A stretch of 45,612 nucleotides of DNA from a virus (Duplodnaviria; Caudoviricetes), in the IMG/VR virus record IMGVR_UViG_3300031519_009791, positions 1 through 45,612 of that record. One strand, 5' to 3'. Numbering within the stretch: position 1 is the stretch's first letter; every line of letters starts with the position of its first letter. Both the position numbers and the translations under genes were made by a program. Under the pieces are notes generated by a model, which worked only from the letters and a program-made list of their open reading frames with translations, did not search any database and was not told where the DNA came from. Of the stretch, positions 17,219 to 27,217 are shown in pieces.

Positions 17219-19237
17219 TTATTTTGAAGTTTTTTTACTGTGATATAATAATGCGGATGGATATGTCTCTAATTGATGAGACTCAGAGATTTCCACTATT
17301 TCTGGAATAATTGATATTTCTGAAATTTTTTCAAAATCCTTTATGCAAGCGGTACCAAACCTTTTCCATGATTTCGCATCTTTTCCTAAAACTAATGATC
17401 TGCATAAATCTGACATTAGGCTTTTTTGATTGTCGGTTAATTCTTTCTTCTTTACAGAGGCAAGCATCTTAACTTCTAGATGCGTCTGCAATTCTTCTAT
17501 TTTGTATACCATTGATTGAATTTCTTTTCTCGAATATAATTCTGATGCTGTTGATTGTTTTGGTATCCCTCTGGTTCCGTATGGGCGACCAGCTTTCTTT
17601 TGTCCAATTTTTTTTCCTCCTTGAGGTGACTGAGGGGGGGTTCCGTCTATAGCCCCGTCATCGTCTTGATTTACAAGAGGCACTCCTCCTACTAAAGGAT
17701 TATACATGCCATCTTTTCTTTGTTCTATATATTCTTTTTGCGCAGGGCCAATGTCTTCTGGATTAGGATATATACCAGTCTTGATAGCATTAATGCCTTG
17801 CTCTGGAGTTAATATTCCAACTTCAAGCAGCCTTGTTACTACTCTCTGCAGTGCAAGCTCGTCTTTAATATCTATCTCTTCGAATTTAGCTGTAGGATAA
17901 GTCTTAAATCCCATTTGCTTACATACCATCTTAATTTGCGGTTGCAAGAAATTATGGATAAAGGATTGCCTTGCTTCTTTTAATCTTTCTAAAAATATTT
18001 CAGCTTTAACTTGTGTATTTTTATATTTCTCGTCTCCTACAATTACATTTTGTAACCCTTGCCTAATATCTTCATTTACTATTTGGTATTTATCTGGGCC
18101 TATAATCTTTCCAATATCAGGAAGTATAAATTCAGCCTTAGTCGTGTAATCGGCAACTAAAACTCTTCCGACACTTTCGTTTTGAAATAACGATTGCATT
18201 GCTGCAAGATTATTTGGGTTTATGCCTCCTTTTTCAGGGTCAGTTCCCATTGTTATTAATAAAATAACATTTTCAATTGTCCTGCTTACCGCTTGATCTA
18301 CTTTTTTTAATTCCATTTTCCAGTTGATATCGTCAAGTACTGGAAACCCAAATGGTATTGCGAATGGCTCGTAATCTTGTTTTTTATAAAATGAATGCGA
18401 AAGTTTACTTGCATCCAAATTCATATTTATTCCATTTTTACCCCATCCACCCTGCTTTATTCTATCTCTAGTTTCTTTCGGTAGGCTTTTAAAGATCTCT
18501 TCATCTTCTTCGTTTTTTGGATTTTGCAATCTTTCCAACTCATATTCTGATAGTATCTTTTTATAAACATTTTTATTATAAGAAGTACTTCTTGACGCAG
18601 TTATGTCAAAGGGGTTTAAAAGTATATACCTTAATGGTATTTTTCCATCCTCTAAATACTTAGATCCATATATTTTATTTAACTTTGCAAAATCTTCTGC
18701 ATTAAACTTCCCGTCAATTCTATAAAAGAATACATTCCCAGATCTATAATACTCCCTAAAATACTGATCTTTTAAATTCCAAAAGTTTATTTTAGTAAAC
18801 CATTTCTTTATAAAATTCCTTGAAGCTTCATTTCCCTGCTCTACATATATTGGAGAGTTAGCAAGCTCTGCCATTATGTCAATTGAGTTTCTAAAGACTG
18901 GCACGTTAGCATAAGCCTTTTGGCATAATTCAATAGAGTCCCTGACATTAACTCCATCGGCAGATACTTGATAAGGGAGCATTCCTTGCCTGATGTTTGC
19001 AAATCTATTACTCTTTGTTCCTGACGATGCAGAGTTCCTCCTTCTGCTTGTACTTGTTCCGCTCCCCCCTCTTGAGTAACCTCCTTCAGAAGCTGCTGCT
19101 ACATAAAAACTTTCTCCTGCAGAGATAGGCTCTATGTTTTTTGCATCGCTATCATGCAGGGAAGCTGACATTTGATCTAATGGTTTATTAAATTTATCCC
19201 AATAAGGAGATTTCTTATTATACTTTCTTTTACTCAT
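17219..19237 (-). CDS. Portal protein
   Basis: 672 aa directly downstream of the terminase, with portal-like motifs (VFRNSIDIMAEL, EYYRSGNVFFY, PFAIPFGFPVL). GTGTA at 19249-19253. Confidence 0.8.
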   Translation of the reverse strand: MSKRKYNKKSPYWDKFNKPLDQMSASLHDSDAKNIEPISAGESFYVAAASEGGYSRGGSGTSTSRRRNSASSGTKSNRFANIRQGMLPYQVSADGVNVRDSIELCQKAYANVPVFRNSIDIMAELANSPIYVEQGNEASRNFIKKWFTKINFWNLKDQYFREYYRSGNVFFYRIDGKFNAEDFAKLNKIYGSKYLEDGKIPLRYILLNPFDITASRSTSYNKNVYKKILSEYELERLQNPKNEEDEEIFKSLPKETRDRIKQGGWGKNGINMNLDASKLSHSFYKKQDYEPFAIPFGFPVLDDINWKMELKKVDQAVSRTIENVILLITMGTDPEKGGINPNNLAAMQSLFQNESVGRVLVADYTTKAEFILPDIGKIIGPDKYQIVNEDIRQGLQNVIVGDEKYKNTQVKAEIFLERLKEARQSFIHNFLQPQIKMVCKQMGFKTYPTAKFEEIDIKDELALQRVVTRLLEVGILTPEQGINAIKTGIYPNPEDIGPAQKEYIEQRKDGMYNPLVGGVPLVNQDDDGAIDGTPPQSPQGGKKIGQKKAGRPYGTRGIPKQSTASELYSRKEIQSMVYKIEELQTHLEVKMLASVKKKELTDNQKSLMSDLCRSLVLGKDAKSWKRFGTACIKDFEKISEISIIPEIVEISESHQLETYPSALLYHSKKTSK

Positions 19238-19290
19238 CTAACATATTATACACGGAAGATAGTAAAAAGTCTAAAAGTTAACTTTCAACT

Positions 19291-21162
19291 TTACTTTATA
19301 AACATTGGAACGAATGAATTATCAACTTTTTTAATTTCAGCTGACATCATATCGTAGTATGTCTTTATCATCCAATTCCCTAATACTAATGCTGAATAAG
19401 AGTCCTTCCTGGCTTTATTAGCTCCAGTGGTTCTCCTGAGAGTATCGGGCAAATCAAAAGTTTGATTTCCTTGTGGGGATGTTTTTATTTGAATAAGTGC
19501 GCATTCAGCTTTTGCGAGATTTATCATATCTTGTTGATGCTCTAAAAAATCTATCATTTTAGCTCCAGCTGATTCTTTCTCTTCTATCTCTGCAAAATTT
19601 GAAAACTTTAATTTTTTAATTGGTATTTTTTTCTTTATCTGAGTGTGGTAATCATCATCTAATGCACGACAAGCAAACCATATTTTTTTATGATCAAAAT
19701 TAGCTTGCAATAATTCGTTCGCTCGCCTAATCCATTGGCTCGTTGGTTTCCTAAGAATGCAGTATTTTCGATCTACAATATTATAATTATTTTTAGCGGC
19801 TAAAAGGTCTTTCTTGTAATGCTCTGGGTTATCTAAATCTTGAGATAACATTTTTATATTTATATTAGACTTCTTAAAAAGTCCGCTTTCATTGCATGCA
19901 TTTATAAATTGAACTCCTCCGTTGTAATCGCCGACAATACCTACTATATTAAAACTTTTTAATAAATAGTGAAAATATTCAATATGATGCTTTAAACTTG
20001 TACCAGCAAGTGCATATCCATGAACCATCACGCCTTGCTTAGTTTCATCGTTTAATTTAAATACTTGGATTGCAAAATCATCAGAACTTTCGGACTCCGC
20101 CCAACTTGGGTCGAATGATATTATGTATTTAGAATCAGAATCTCCCACTAGTTCTACAGAGGGTTTATCTCCATCCGAAACCGTACAGGCAGCCATTCTA
20201 GAAGTCTTAAAATACCCAGAGCTATCATCAGTAAAAGTTGCGCCAAACTCTCTGTCGAATTGAGATTGACTCATTGTTGATTTTGATTGTTGTATTAAAT
20301 TTTCATCATATAATTTTTTAGGAGCGCAATCGTAACTAAACTGCATTATGCATCTCGTCGCATCTCCGCTTTCTTCTTTGACATTTCCTTGAATTAAAGC
20401 TTCAAATTTCTCATAAACTTTATATAAATATTCGAATTTATAAGATGCGGATGATAGAGCTATAAGTTTATTGTTAGGCCATTTATGCCTATCCTCCTCT
20501 TTCATCTTGCCTTGTTGTATTAGTTTAGTCTCTACATTATACATTTTTTCACGCTCTACTGGATTTTCCACAACCGACAAGAACGGTATTATGACCTCAT
20601 TAAAGATCCTTTCAGGCATCAAAAGAAACTCGTCTACTATGATTCTATGAAACCTGAAGCCTCTAAGTTTTGAGCCGTCCCCCAGTGGTAGAGCCCTTAT
20701 TCTGGAAGATCCTATTTCAAGCAACCATTCATCATTGCTTTTTGACTTATGTGTTATGCATTGGCTTAAAAATCTAGCTTCAGGCTTCGCCGCTATATCT
20801 TCTATCTTTTTAAATATCATCTTTGACTGCCTAAATGATTTAGATAATATTCCAATTTCAACTCCCTGATTTAATATCGCTTCTAAAAATGCATATATTC
20901 CAGTTGTGAAAGATTTAGACATCCCGCGCGACCAAATACCTAGAGTATAATCAGTTTCAAACATAGCCTTAATAGCCATATGCTGGAAAGGAAAAAGCTC
21001 TACTCCAGCTATTAAGTTTGTTGAAAAAGTAATGTTTTCTTTTAAAAACTTATATAGTAGAATTTGAGCTTCATCTTCTTCTATAAAACCTTTTAGCTCT
21101 AGAAGTTTTTTATTAAAATCTTCCTTATCGCTTCTTTTTTGAGCACCTATATCCCAAGTCAT
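19291..21162 (-). CDS. terL: Terminase large subunit
   Basis: Walker A-like SRGMSKS, Walker B IIVDE, motif III LSSA, and RNaseH-like nuclease residues SFDPS...DDFA...KDSYSAL. Confidence 0.9.
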   Translation of the reverse strand: MTWDIGAQKRSDKEDFNKKLLELKGFIEEDEAQILLYKFLKENITFSTNLIAGVELFPFQHMAIKAMFETDYTLGIWSRGMSKSFTTGIYAFLEAILNQGVEIGILSKSFRQSKMIFKKIEDIAAKPEARFLSQCITHKSKSNDEWLLEIGSSRIRALPLGDGSKLRGFRFHRIIVDEFLLMPERIFNEVIIPFLSVVENPVEREKMYNVETKLIQQGKMKEEDRHKWPNNKLIALSSASYKFEYLYKVYEKFEALIQGNVKEESGDATRCIMQFSYDCAPKKLYDENLIQQSKSTMSQSQFDREFGATFTDDSSGYFKTSRMAACTVSDGDKPSVELVGDSDSKYIISFDPSWAESESSDDFAIQVFKLNDETKQGVMVHGYALAGTSLKHHIEYFHYLLKSFNIVGIVGDYNGGVQFINACNESGLFKKSNINIKMLSQDLDNPEHYKKDLLAAKNNYNIVDRKYCILRKPTSQWIRRANELLQANFDHKKIWFACRALDDDYHTQIKKKIPIKKLKFSNFAEIEEKESAGAKMIDFLEHQQDMINLAKAECALIQIKTSPQGNQTFDLPDTLRRTTGANKARKDSYSALVLGNWMIKTYYDMMSAEIKKVDNSFVPMFIK

Positions 21163-21524
21163 TCTCTAAATATTTTTTGACAAATAAATTCATCGCTTTT
21201 GAAAAAATCTTTTATTACATCCAAAGCCTCGCTTGGTTTATAAGGATTGCAGCTATGAATATTGATATAGCCTTTTTTTGATTTTTCTATAAAATGAGCT
21301 GTGATTAAAGAGTTCTTATTTTCGTGAATAAGCCTCCACCCTTTCATGTCTTCATTGTGATCCCCAAAAGGATTAACAATACCTACTATTTCAGCTTCTG
21401 GATCAATGGTGTTTGAAATTTTCTTTCCAAACTTAATAATCGAATTTTGAGATATAGCATTTTCATCACAATCGTTAATCGTTACAGCTAGGTCTAACGA
21501 CCATAAAATTTTATTTTCTTTCAT
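21159..21524 (-). CDS. S-adenosylmethionine decarboxylase-like (SpeD/SpeH fold) protein, divergent
   Basis: 121 aa with a FG...GW....NSLITAHF...YINIHSCNPY pattern matching class I AdoMetDC (S-x-I-x-x-H...D-x-F-S/T-C). Confidence 0.65.
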   Translation of the reverse strand: MKENKILWSLDLAVTINDCDENAISQNSIIKFGKKISNTIDPEAEIVGIVNPFGDHNEDMKGWRLIHENKNSLITAHFIEKSKKGYINIHSCNPYKPSEALDVIKDFFKSDEFICQKIFRE

Positions 21525-22452
21525 TAATTTTTTTGTTTATAAAGTACTGGAGATCTACATTCCAAATGCTTTTCCCGTATAATAATACTTTAGGTATTAT
21601 TTTTTTCAAGCCAGCTCTATTTTCCGCAAATATAAACTGGCAGCAATCTTTGTAATCTTGCGATAATGTTTTTAAATTATGCCAAATATATGGAAGCTTA
21701 TGTTTGTGGGGTCCGAATTGATTATTTTTTTTAATTTTTTCTATACTGCTTTCTATTATTACAAAGACATAAGAATTAAATTCTCTCGCCCTATCTAATT
21801 CTTTCTTAAATCTTTCAAAATTTTCACCAGACAAAGTGCCTTTTAGGTCTTGCTCGCTTTTCCTGTCTATATATGTATAATCATAATACTTTCCCGCACT
21901 AGTATAATCTCCAAAATCTAATTTCATCATTTCTTGATTATTAAACTTTATAGGCTTTTGCTCTCTAGTATCAACAAATATTTTCATATCTTCAGGAGCA
22001 TTTTCTTTAAAAAAATCTTTAGGTATACTTTTTGAGAAAACATTTTCTAATCCCATATCTTTACACAACTTAGTATAACTTCCAAATATGTTTTTATAGG
22101 AGTCTATATTGGGAAAATTACATAGCTCTAATTCTATTTCACTTAATGAATATTTTAAATTTTTTTCACACTTTCTTTGATGTATTAGGTTTTTTATATA
22201 ATGAGATGTTTTTTCATTATTTTCCTTAAGGCACCATTCTATCAACTCTTCCCTGTTAATAAAATCTCTGCCCATGTAATCTTCTGGGTTTTTAAAAGGA
22301 ATTGTTTTTTCATAAAGCTTACTCTTCTTAGGGTAATATTTTTTATAATATTCCTCAAGTGTAGTTTTATGCCCCCTGACTACATGTATATGTAGCCCTG
22401 CATTTTTCTTAAATTCTTTTTCGCAAATTTTACATTTTAACGGCGTGTCCAT
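21511..22452 (-). CDS. C2H2 zinc finger plus ERCC4/XPF-type nuclease
   Basis: N-terminal CKIC...HVVRGH and C-terminal VDTREQ...GDY...DRKS..DL motif. Confidence 0.8.
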   Translation of the reverse strand: MDTPLKCKICEKEFKKNAGLHIHVVRGHKTTLEEYYKKYYPKKSKLYEKTIPFKNPEDYMGRDFINREELIEWCLKENNEKTSHYIKNLIHQRKCEKNLKYSLSEIELELCNFPNIDSYKNIFGSYTKLCKDMGLENVFSKSIPKDFFKENAPEDMKIFVDTREQKPIKFNNQEMMKLDFGDYTSAGKYYDYTYIDRKSEQDLKGTLSGENFERFKKELDRAREFNSYVFVIIESSIEKIKKNNQFGPHKHKLPYIWHNLKTLSQDYKDCCQFIFAENRAGLKKIIPKVLLYGKSIWNVDLQYFINKKINERK

Positions 22453-22789
22453 TATTTAATAAATAGTCATTTAATGATTCTTCCATACCATCGATTGTTA
22501 TAACTCCTAAAGACCTCCCGTACTTACCAATTCCCTTCGAATCTAATTTTATATTTTTTGCTTCATAAAGAATACGCTTTACTATTTCTTTAACCTCCAA
22601 TCCTCGTTTTTTTTCTTTATGCCTCTCCTCTACATTTGCAATACATTTTTGCAACCGCGTTTCTGGAGTATCTATTCCATAAAGCCTTACTCTGGTTTTT
22701 ATAAATGTCTTGAAGCCTAGGTCGATAATAAAATCTACTGTGTCTCCATCTACAACTTTTACTACTTCTTTTACTTTATATTGATACAT
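22430..22789 (-). CDS. Thermonuclease (SNase-like)
   Basis: VVDGDT, RVRLYGIDTPE and GKYGRSLG motifs. Confidence 0.9.
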   Translation of the reverse strand: MYQYKVKEVVKVVDGDTVDFIIDLGFKTFIKTRVRLYGIDTPETRLQKCIANVEERHKEKKRGLEVKEIVKRILYEAKNIKLDSKGIGKYGRSLGVITIDGMEESLNDYLLNNGHAVKM

Positions 22790-23838
22790 TATAATACATC
22801 TCCTTTTCTTAATCCTAAAACTCTAGACTTCCAGGCTTCCATATCCTCAAGTCTGTCAACCTCATCTTCTACTAATTGTTTTTGCATTTCTGCTATTTGA
22901 ATCATTCTATTCCTTTCTTCCTCCTCTTGGAATGATTGAACTAAATTCAAAATAGAACCAAACCTATCTTGCTTGTTTTTCATTCTTACCGAGCGGTCTC
23001 CATTTAATTTCTTAATTAAAGATTCTTGCCTTTGTTCGCATTGATGATATTCGGCACTTTTAGCTTTTAATATCTCTGCGAGTTTTACAGACATTTCTGT
23101 TTGATCTTCAACTTCATCAAACATCTGATTTATTTTTTCCATATTTTTTTGTATGGTTTTTAAATTCACATAATCAACACATACATTTATATATAAATTT
23201 ATCTCATCCGCAGTTAAGTCTGGTTTATCCCAAACCGCCCTAATGTATTCAGCTTTAAATAATTTTGAATCGTCGCAATTATAGGTATTCATAAGTTGAA
23301 CAAATCTGGGTGATGATATATACTTTTTAGTTGTCCCTAGGCAATCTTTCTCAAATCTTTTTAATTTATCCATCTCTATCTCTTCATGGGCGTATTCATT
23401 TATCATATTTAAGACTTCTTTTGTTGAAGTAGGAGGCGTATATTCATTTTTTTTCGTATCAGTCGGCTTAATAAATTCTGGATAATTTATTTTTAAAAAA
23501 TCAGCAACTACTCGCTGCTCCATGCTTAGATTTTTAACCTCCCTGTCCTGAAAAATCAACTGAGCTATTTGTAGGCTATTTAACTTATCTCTGGCGTACT
23601 CTTTTATTAAATTTTCTTGATTCTCACTTAGTTTTATTTTTTTCGCTTTTTTATGAACTCTAGTTTTATACCCATAACCTCTTTCTATCATATATTCAGC
23701 TACTAACTTACCTTCTTTATTCCTACCATCCAACTCTTCGTTTTCAAAAATTATCTTTGTTAACTGATCCACATCTGGTATCTGTAAATAATTCGAGTCT
23801 ATCATATTTTTTTGCTCTTTTGTAAGTTTTGTTATCAT
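22789..23838 (-). CDS. Hypothetical protein (candidate small terminase or DNA-binding protein)
   Basis: 349 aa with an HTH-like segment (LNSLQIAQLIF) and a coiled-coil C-terminus, upstream of terL. Confidence 0.4.
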   Translation of the reverse strand: MITKLTKEQKNMIDSNYLQIPDVDQLTKIIFENEELDGRNKEGKLVAEYMIERGYGYKTRVHKKAKKIKLSENQENLIKEYARDKLNSLQIAQLIFQDREVKNLSMEQRVVADFLKINYPEFIKPTDTKKNEYTPPTSTKEVLNMINEYAHEEIEMDKLKRFEKDCLGTTKKYISSPRFVQLMNTYNCDDSKLFKAEYIRAVWDKPDLTADEINLYINVCVDYVNLKTIQKNMEKINQMFDEVEDQTEMSVKLAEILKAKSAEYHQCEQRQESLIKKLNGDRSVRMKNKQDRFGSILNLVQSFQEEEERNRMIQIAEMQKQLVEDEVDRLEDMEAWKSRVLGLRKGDVL

Positions 23839-24533
23839 AAGAAAATGTCTCTTTTATTTATTAGTTTTTCTGCTATTAGTTTGTATTTTATTTTTAAATT
23901 TTTTATTTGTTTATATCCAGCCTTTCTATTTTTTTCATTAGTTTTATATCCCAACTTTAATGCCACCTCCTCTTCAGTCATTTTTGATATAAATAACATT
24001 TGATAGATTTTGTAATTTTTTTCATTCAATTCTTTTTTCATTAATTCATGAAATTTTTCTATATCACTATCAATACCCCTTGAGAAATAAAACTTACCTT
24101 TAACTTCTGGGTTGATCTCTTCCATCGAAACTGGCATCTTAACATTGCATGCATGTTTTTTTGATTTTTCCCATTTTTTATAAAGGGGGCAAGTTGCGTC
24201 CTGGATCCCACTTGTTGTGAAAGAGCATGTATTTTCACCGTCAAATGATGTATTTAGTGGGCAACCGACACAAGGCTTAACAAAACTATGATAATAATTC
24301 CTCAGTATATTCTTGAATTGATTTGTAATAATTTTATTAATCCACGGAAGCAATGAGCGACTTTGATCCCATTGATCCCATTTTTTAAATAAGTGGAACC
24401 TTATTATTTGAGAAACATCGTCGAAGTCTAGCCAATTCAAAGAAGCCAGTCTCCATTTAGGTCTTCGCTTCCTTATCTCATTGTCAACTTCTTCTATTCT
24501 GTCCTCGTAATATATTTTTCTTTTTCGACCCAC
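23835..24533 (-). CDS. Phage sigma70/ECF-like sigma factor
   Basis: Region-2-like DFDDVSQ...WINKIITNQFKNILR, a Cys-rich insert, and region-4 HTH MTEEEVALKLGY. GTG start. Confidence 0.75.
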   Translation of the reverse strand: MGRKRKIYYEDRIEEVDNEIRKRRPKWRLASLNWLDFDDVSQIIRFHLFKKWDQWDQSRSLLPWINKIITNQFKNILRNYYHSFVKPCVGCPLNTSFDGENTCSFTTSGIQDATCPLYKKWEKSKKHACNVKMPVSMEEINPEVKGKFYFSRGIDSDIEKFHELMKKELNEKNYKIYQMLFISKMTEEEVALKLGYKTNEKNRKAGYKQIKNLKIKYKLIAEKLINKRDIFL

Positions 24534-24877
24534 TACGCCTTTTTGTTTTTCTTTTTCGATCCACTACGACTTTTTGTTTTTCTTTTATTTATTTCACCGA
24601 AATCATTTTCATTTAACCCTAATAACTGACCGCCTTTAAATACCTGAAGTCCTCCTTGCGACACTTCGTATTGAAGTTCATTTATTTCAGGCACATAATC
24701 CATATCTGTTTCGTCATCTTCTAGTTCGACATGTTCTTCTTTATTTGCTATTGCCGAATTAGTCACTTTCTCCTTTACTCCTTTTTTTAAAGGGGCTGCA
24801 CACCCCCCGCAAAAATTAGGCACGTTTAGTGTGTATGAGTTTTTAAAGCCGCACTCAGGACAGTATATTACAGACAT
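24533..24877 (-). CDS. Zinc-ribbon protein
   Basis: CPECG...FCGGCA at the N-terminus. Confidence 0.75.
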   Translation of the reverse strand: MSVIYCPECGFKNSYTLNVPNFCGGCAAPLKKGVKEKVTNSAIANKEEHVELEDDETDMDYVPEINELQYEVSQGGLQVFKGGQLLGLNENDFGEINKRKTKSRSGSKKKNKKA

Positions 24878-24878
24878 T

Positions 24879-25205
24879 TCATCCTCCTCTTATTGTTTCG
24901 TTAAATGTTTTTAATGTGTTCATATTTTCAATGTTCAAATCTTTTTCTTGAAAGAATTCAGTTTGCATTATAATTGATTTATCTGAAATTATAAGAGTTT
25001 TATTTTCAGACGCTTCTGATATAGACTTAAAATATTCACTTTCTTCTTGCAGGAAAATCGTTATTTTCTTTACTTTTTTTTCTTTTATTAAACTCTCAAC
25101 ACCACTCAAAGATCTCATCTTTTTCTTTTTTGCAAAAAAAGAATTTAACCAAACAGCAAAAAGTGTTGCGATGGCTGTAATTGCAGCTGAAATAATTGAC
25201 TCCAT
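24879..25205 (-). CDS. Small membrane protein (holin/antiholin-like topology)
   Basis: N-terminal hydrophobic helix IISAAITAIATLFAVWL followed by KKKK. Confidence 0.5.
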   Translation of the reverse strand: MESIISAAITAIATLFAVWLNSFFAKKKKMRSLSGVESLIKEKKVKKITIFLQEESEYFKSISEASENKTLIISDKSIIMQTEFFQEKDLNIENMNTLKTFNETIRGG

Positions 25206-25246
25206 TTAGCTATGGTAATTTTAAAATTAAAAAAATAAATAAAAAA

Positions 25247-25429
25247 TTAGTGTACCAGTTTATTTAGCCAATCTTCTGGGATTATAATCGTTGAATTATA
25301 CATATTATATTGAGAGCCTTCTAGTACGGCAGAAATAAAAGATTCTCCGTCAATATTATGAATTTTTAATATTCTAATTCTTTTTTTAAGTCCATAGCAT
25401 TCTACTTCAATTACTTCCCCTTCCTTCAT
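25247..25429 (-). CDS. Hypothetical protein
   Basis: 60 aa overlapping the end of phoH, in the same operon. Confidence 0.6.
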   Translation of the reverse strand: MKEGEVIEVECYGLKKRIRILKIHNIDGESFISAVLEGSQYNMYNSTIIIPEDWLNKLVH

Positions 25430-26135
25430 CTTGTCTTTTTGTTAATTTTTTAATTATGTATTTTAAAATCTCACTTCTTTTAATATCTCTTTCAAAAAAT
25501 TCAAATGTATGAATTCCTTTTTCGACACTTCCTTGATCTGAAAAAGTTTTTATCATTTCTCTAAATCCGCTTTTTCCATTTATATCGCTTTGCATCATAT
25601 CTCCGCAAATAAATAATTTAGAATTTTCTCCAAGCCTTGTGATTAATGTAGTCAACTCTTTAAATGTAGCGTTTTGAGCTTCATCCATGATTACAATTTT
25701 ATTTTTCCAATCAACTCCTCTTAAAAAATTTATAGGCATAGCTTCTATTCTGCCTGACGCAAACAAATCTTTTTTAGTTGTGGTATTTTTTGGCAATATT
25801 TCATATAATTTTTCCTCCAAGGGTATCATATATGGGTTAAATTTATCGTTTAAATCGCCAGGAAGAGCTCCTAGACCTTTTTCTGCGCTTTCGATTATAG
25901 TTCTTACATATATTAAATCCAATTCTTGATGCTGCGATAATAGCCTCAGTGCGGAATATACTGATATGTATGTTTTAGAGCTACCCGCAGGGCCTGAAAC
26001 GAAAATTATTTGAGATTCTGCATCTAATGCTATTCCTAAAAGTTTTTTTTGTTTTGCTGTAAGTTCTAGACTATGAAGGGTGATTCTATCTTTGTGAAAC
26101 ATTTCACTATTTAATTTGCTTTTCTTTTTGCTCAT
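25407..26135 (-). CDS. phoH: PhoH-family ATPase
   Basis: GPAGSSKT Walker A, LGALPGDL..K, PINFLRG, IMDEAQN, LITRLGENSK, GDMMQSD. Confidence 0.95.
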   Translation of the reverse strand: MSKKKSKLNSEMFHKDRITLHSLELTAKQKKLLGIALDAESQIIFVSGPAGSSKTYISVYSALRLLSQHQELDLIYVRTIIESAEKGLGALPGDLNDKFNPYMIPLEEKLYEILPKNTTTKKDLFASGRIEAMPINFLRGVDWKNKIVIMDEAQNATFKELTTLITRLGENSKLFICGDMMQSDINGKSGFREMIKTFSDQGSVEKGIHTFEFFERDIKRSEILKYIIKKLTKRQDEGRGSN

Positions 26136-26661
26136 TTGTTATGATTATAATTAGATTGTTAATAATTAGATCTCTAGATCTATTGTCTTCATGGTACCAC
26201 CTCCAATGGGTGGAATTTATTATTTCAGATATGGATTTTTCTAGTTCATTTATTTCCTCCTCTATTTTTTCTATTTGTTCAATAGATATATTATCTATTT
26301 TTAATCTTACTTTTTTTGCATTGTCTAGTAGTTTATTTAAGCTATTGTTTTTCTTGGAATCTACTAGGTCTTTAAAAATATCATCTTCATTTTTATTTTT
26401 ATCTGGATGAGATCGGACAGCAACTTGTCTATATATTTTTTTAGTTTCTTCTTCTTCGAATATCTTCTTATCTTCTGTATCTTTTTTTTGATTCTCTAAG
26501 AACGGATCTTTTAATCCAAACTCTCTTACTCTAGACATTAAAGTTTCATGGAATTTTGCCATAGCCATCTGCTCTATAGGCTTAAGCTCTAAGAGTTCCT
26601 TACTTAGCTCTCTCCACTTATACCTTAATTTGTTATATTCAGTCTTTATTAAATACTCCAT
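26107..26661 (-). CDS. J-domain (DnaJ-like) protein
   Basis: KKIYRQVAVRSHPDKN, containing the HPD motif. Confidence 0.8.
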   Translation of the reverse strand: MEYLIKTEYNKLRYKWRELSKELLELKPIEQMAMAKFHETLMSRVREFGLKDPFLENQKKDTEDKKIFEEEETKKIYRQVAVRSHPDKNKNEDDIFKDLVDSKKNNSLNKLLDNAKKVRLKIDNISIEQIEKIEEEINELEKSISEIINSTHWRWYHEDNRSRDLIINNLIIIITNEQKEKQIK

Positions 26662-26929
26662 TCTTAGCCAAAGAAAATATTTTTGGAGACATAATCATAA
26701 ACCCAACGCTGCCTATTATTAAAAGCATTACTATTATAGGTTGTGTTGTGTCTTTATTTTCAACTTTGATTTCAGAAAACTCTTTCTTATCAATCGCTCC
26801 ATCATTATTGCTGTCGTAAGATTCGAAATTTGTAACCCCTGCATGACCATAGTCCTTTGAGTCTTCTGTAATTCTAGATAAAGAACAAGAAAAAGATAAA
26901 ATTAAAAATAATAGCGAGAAAGTCTTCAT
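26639..26929 (-). CDS. Lipoprotein with EF-hand and C-terminal transmembrane helix
   Basis: Signal peptide with SFSC lipobox-like site, EF-hand loop DSNNDGAIDKKE, and TM segment PIIVMLLIIGSVGFMIM. Confidence 0.65.
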   Translation of the reverse strand: MKTFSLLFLILSFSCSLSRITEDSKDYGHAGVTNFESYDSNNDGAIDKKEFSEIKVENKDTTQPIIVMLLIIGSVGFMIMSPKIFSLAKNGVFNKD

Positions 26930-27011
26930 TGTTTTTTATTTTTTGTGGGTATATTTATTAGAAATTTTAAAATATTAATTTACTATCTTCAACTAATATA
27001 TACACTTAGCT

Positions 27012-27185
27012 TTGAACAATTCATTAAAAAACATCTGCCTTGAGTACACAGAAAACGTTGAAGATTTCTCTTATACGAACGGAAATTATTGTGTTATAAT
27101 TCACCGAAGGTACTTTAAAGACTTGCGAGGAAGGATGGAGGCTAAAGGCTGTTTTTTGGAGTCTGTAAAAAAAAACATTTTTTAA
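27012..27185 (+). CDS. Possible small hypothetical protein (57 aa, TTG start)
   Basis: Open frame filling the intergenic gap (NNSLKNICLEYTENVEDFSY...); no other support. Confidence 0.3.
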   Translation: MNNSLKNICLEYTENVEDFSYTNGNYCVIIHRRYFKDLRGRMEAKGCFLESVKKNIF

Positions 27186-27217
27186 TTGCTTTAAGATTTA
27201 GCCCACTAATATAGCAA

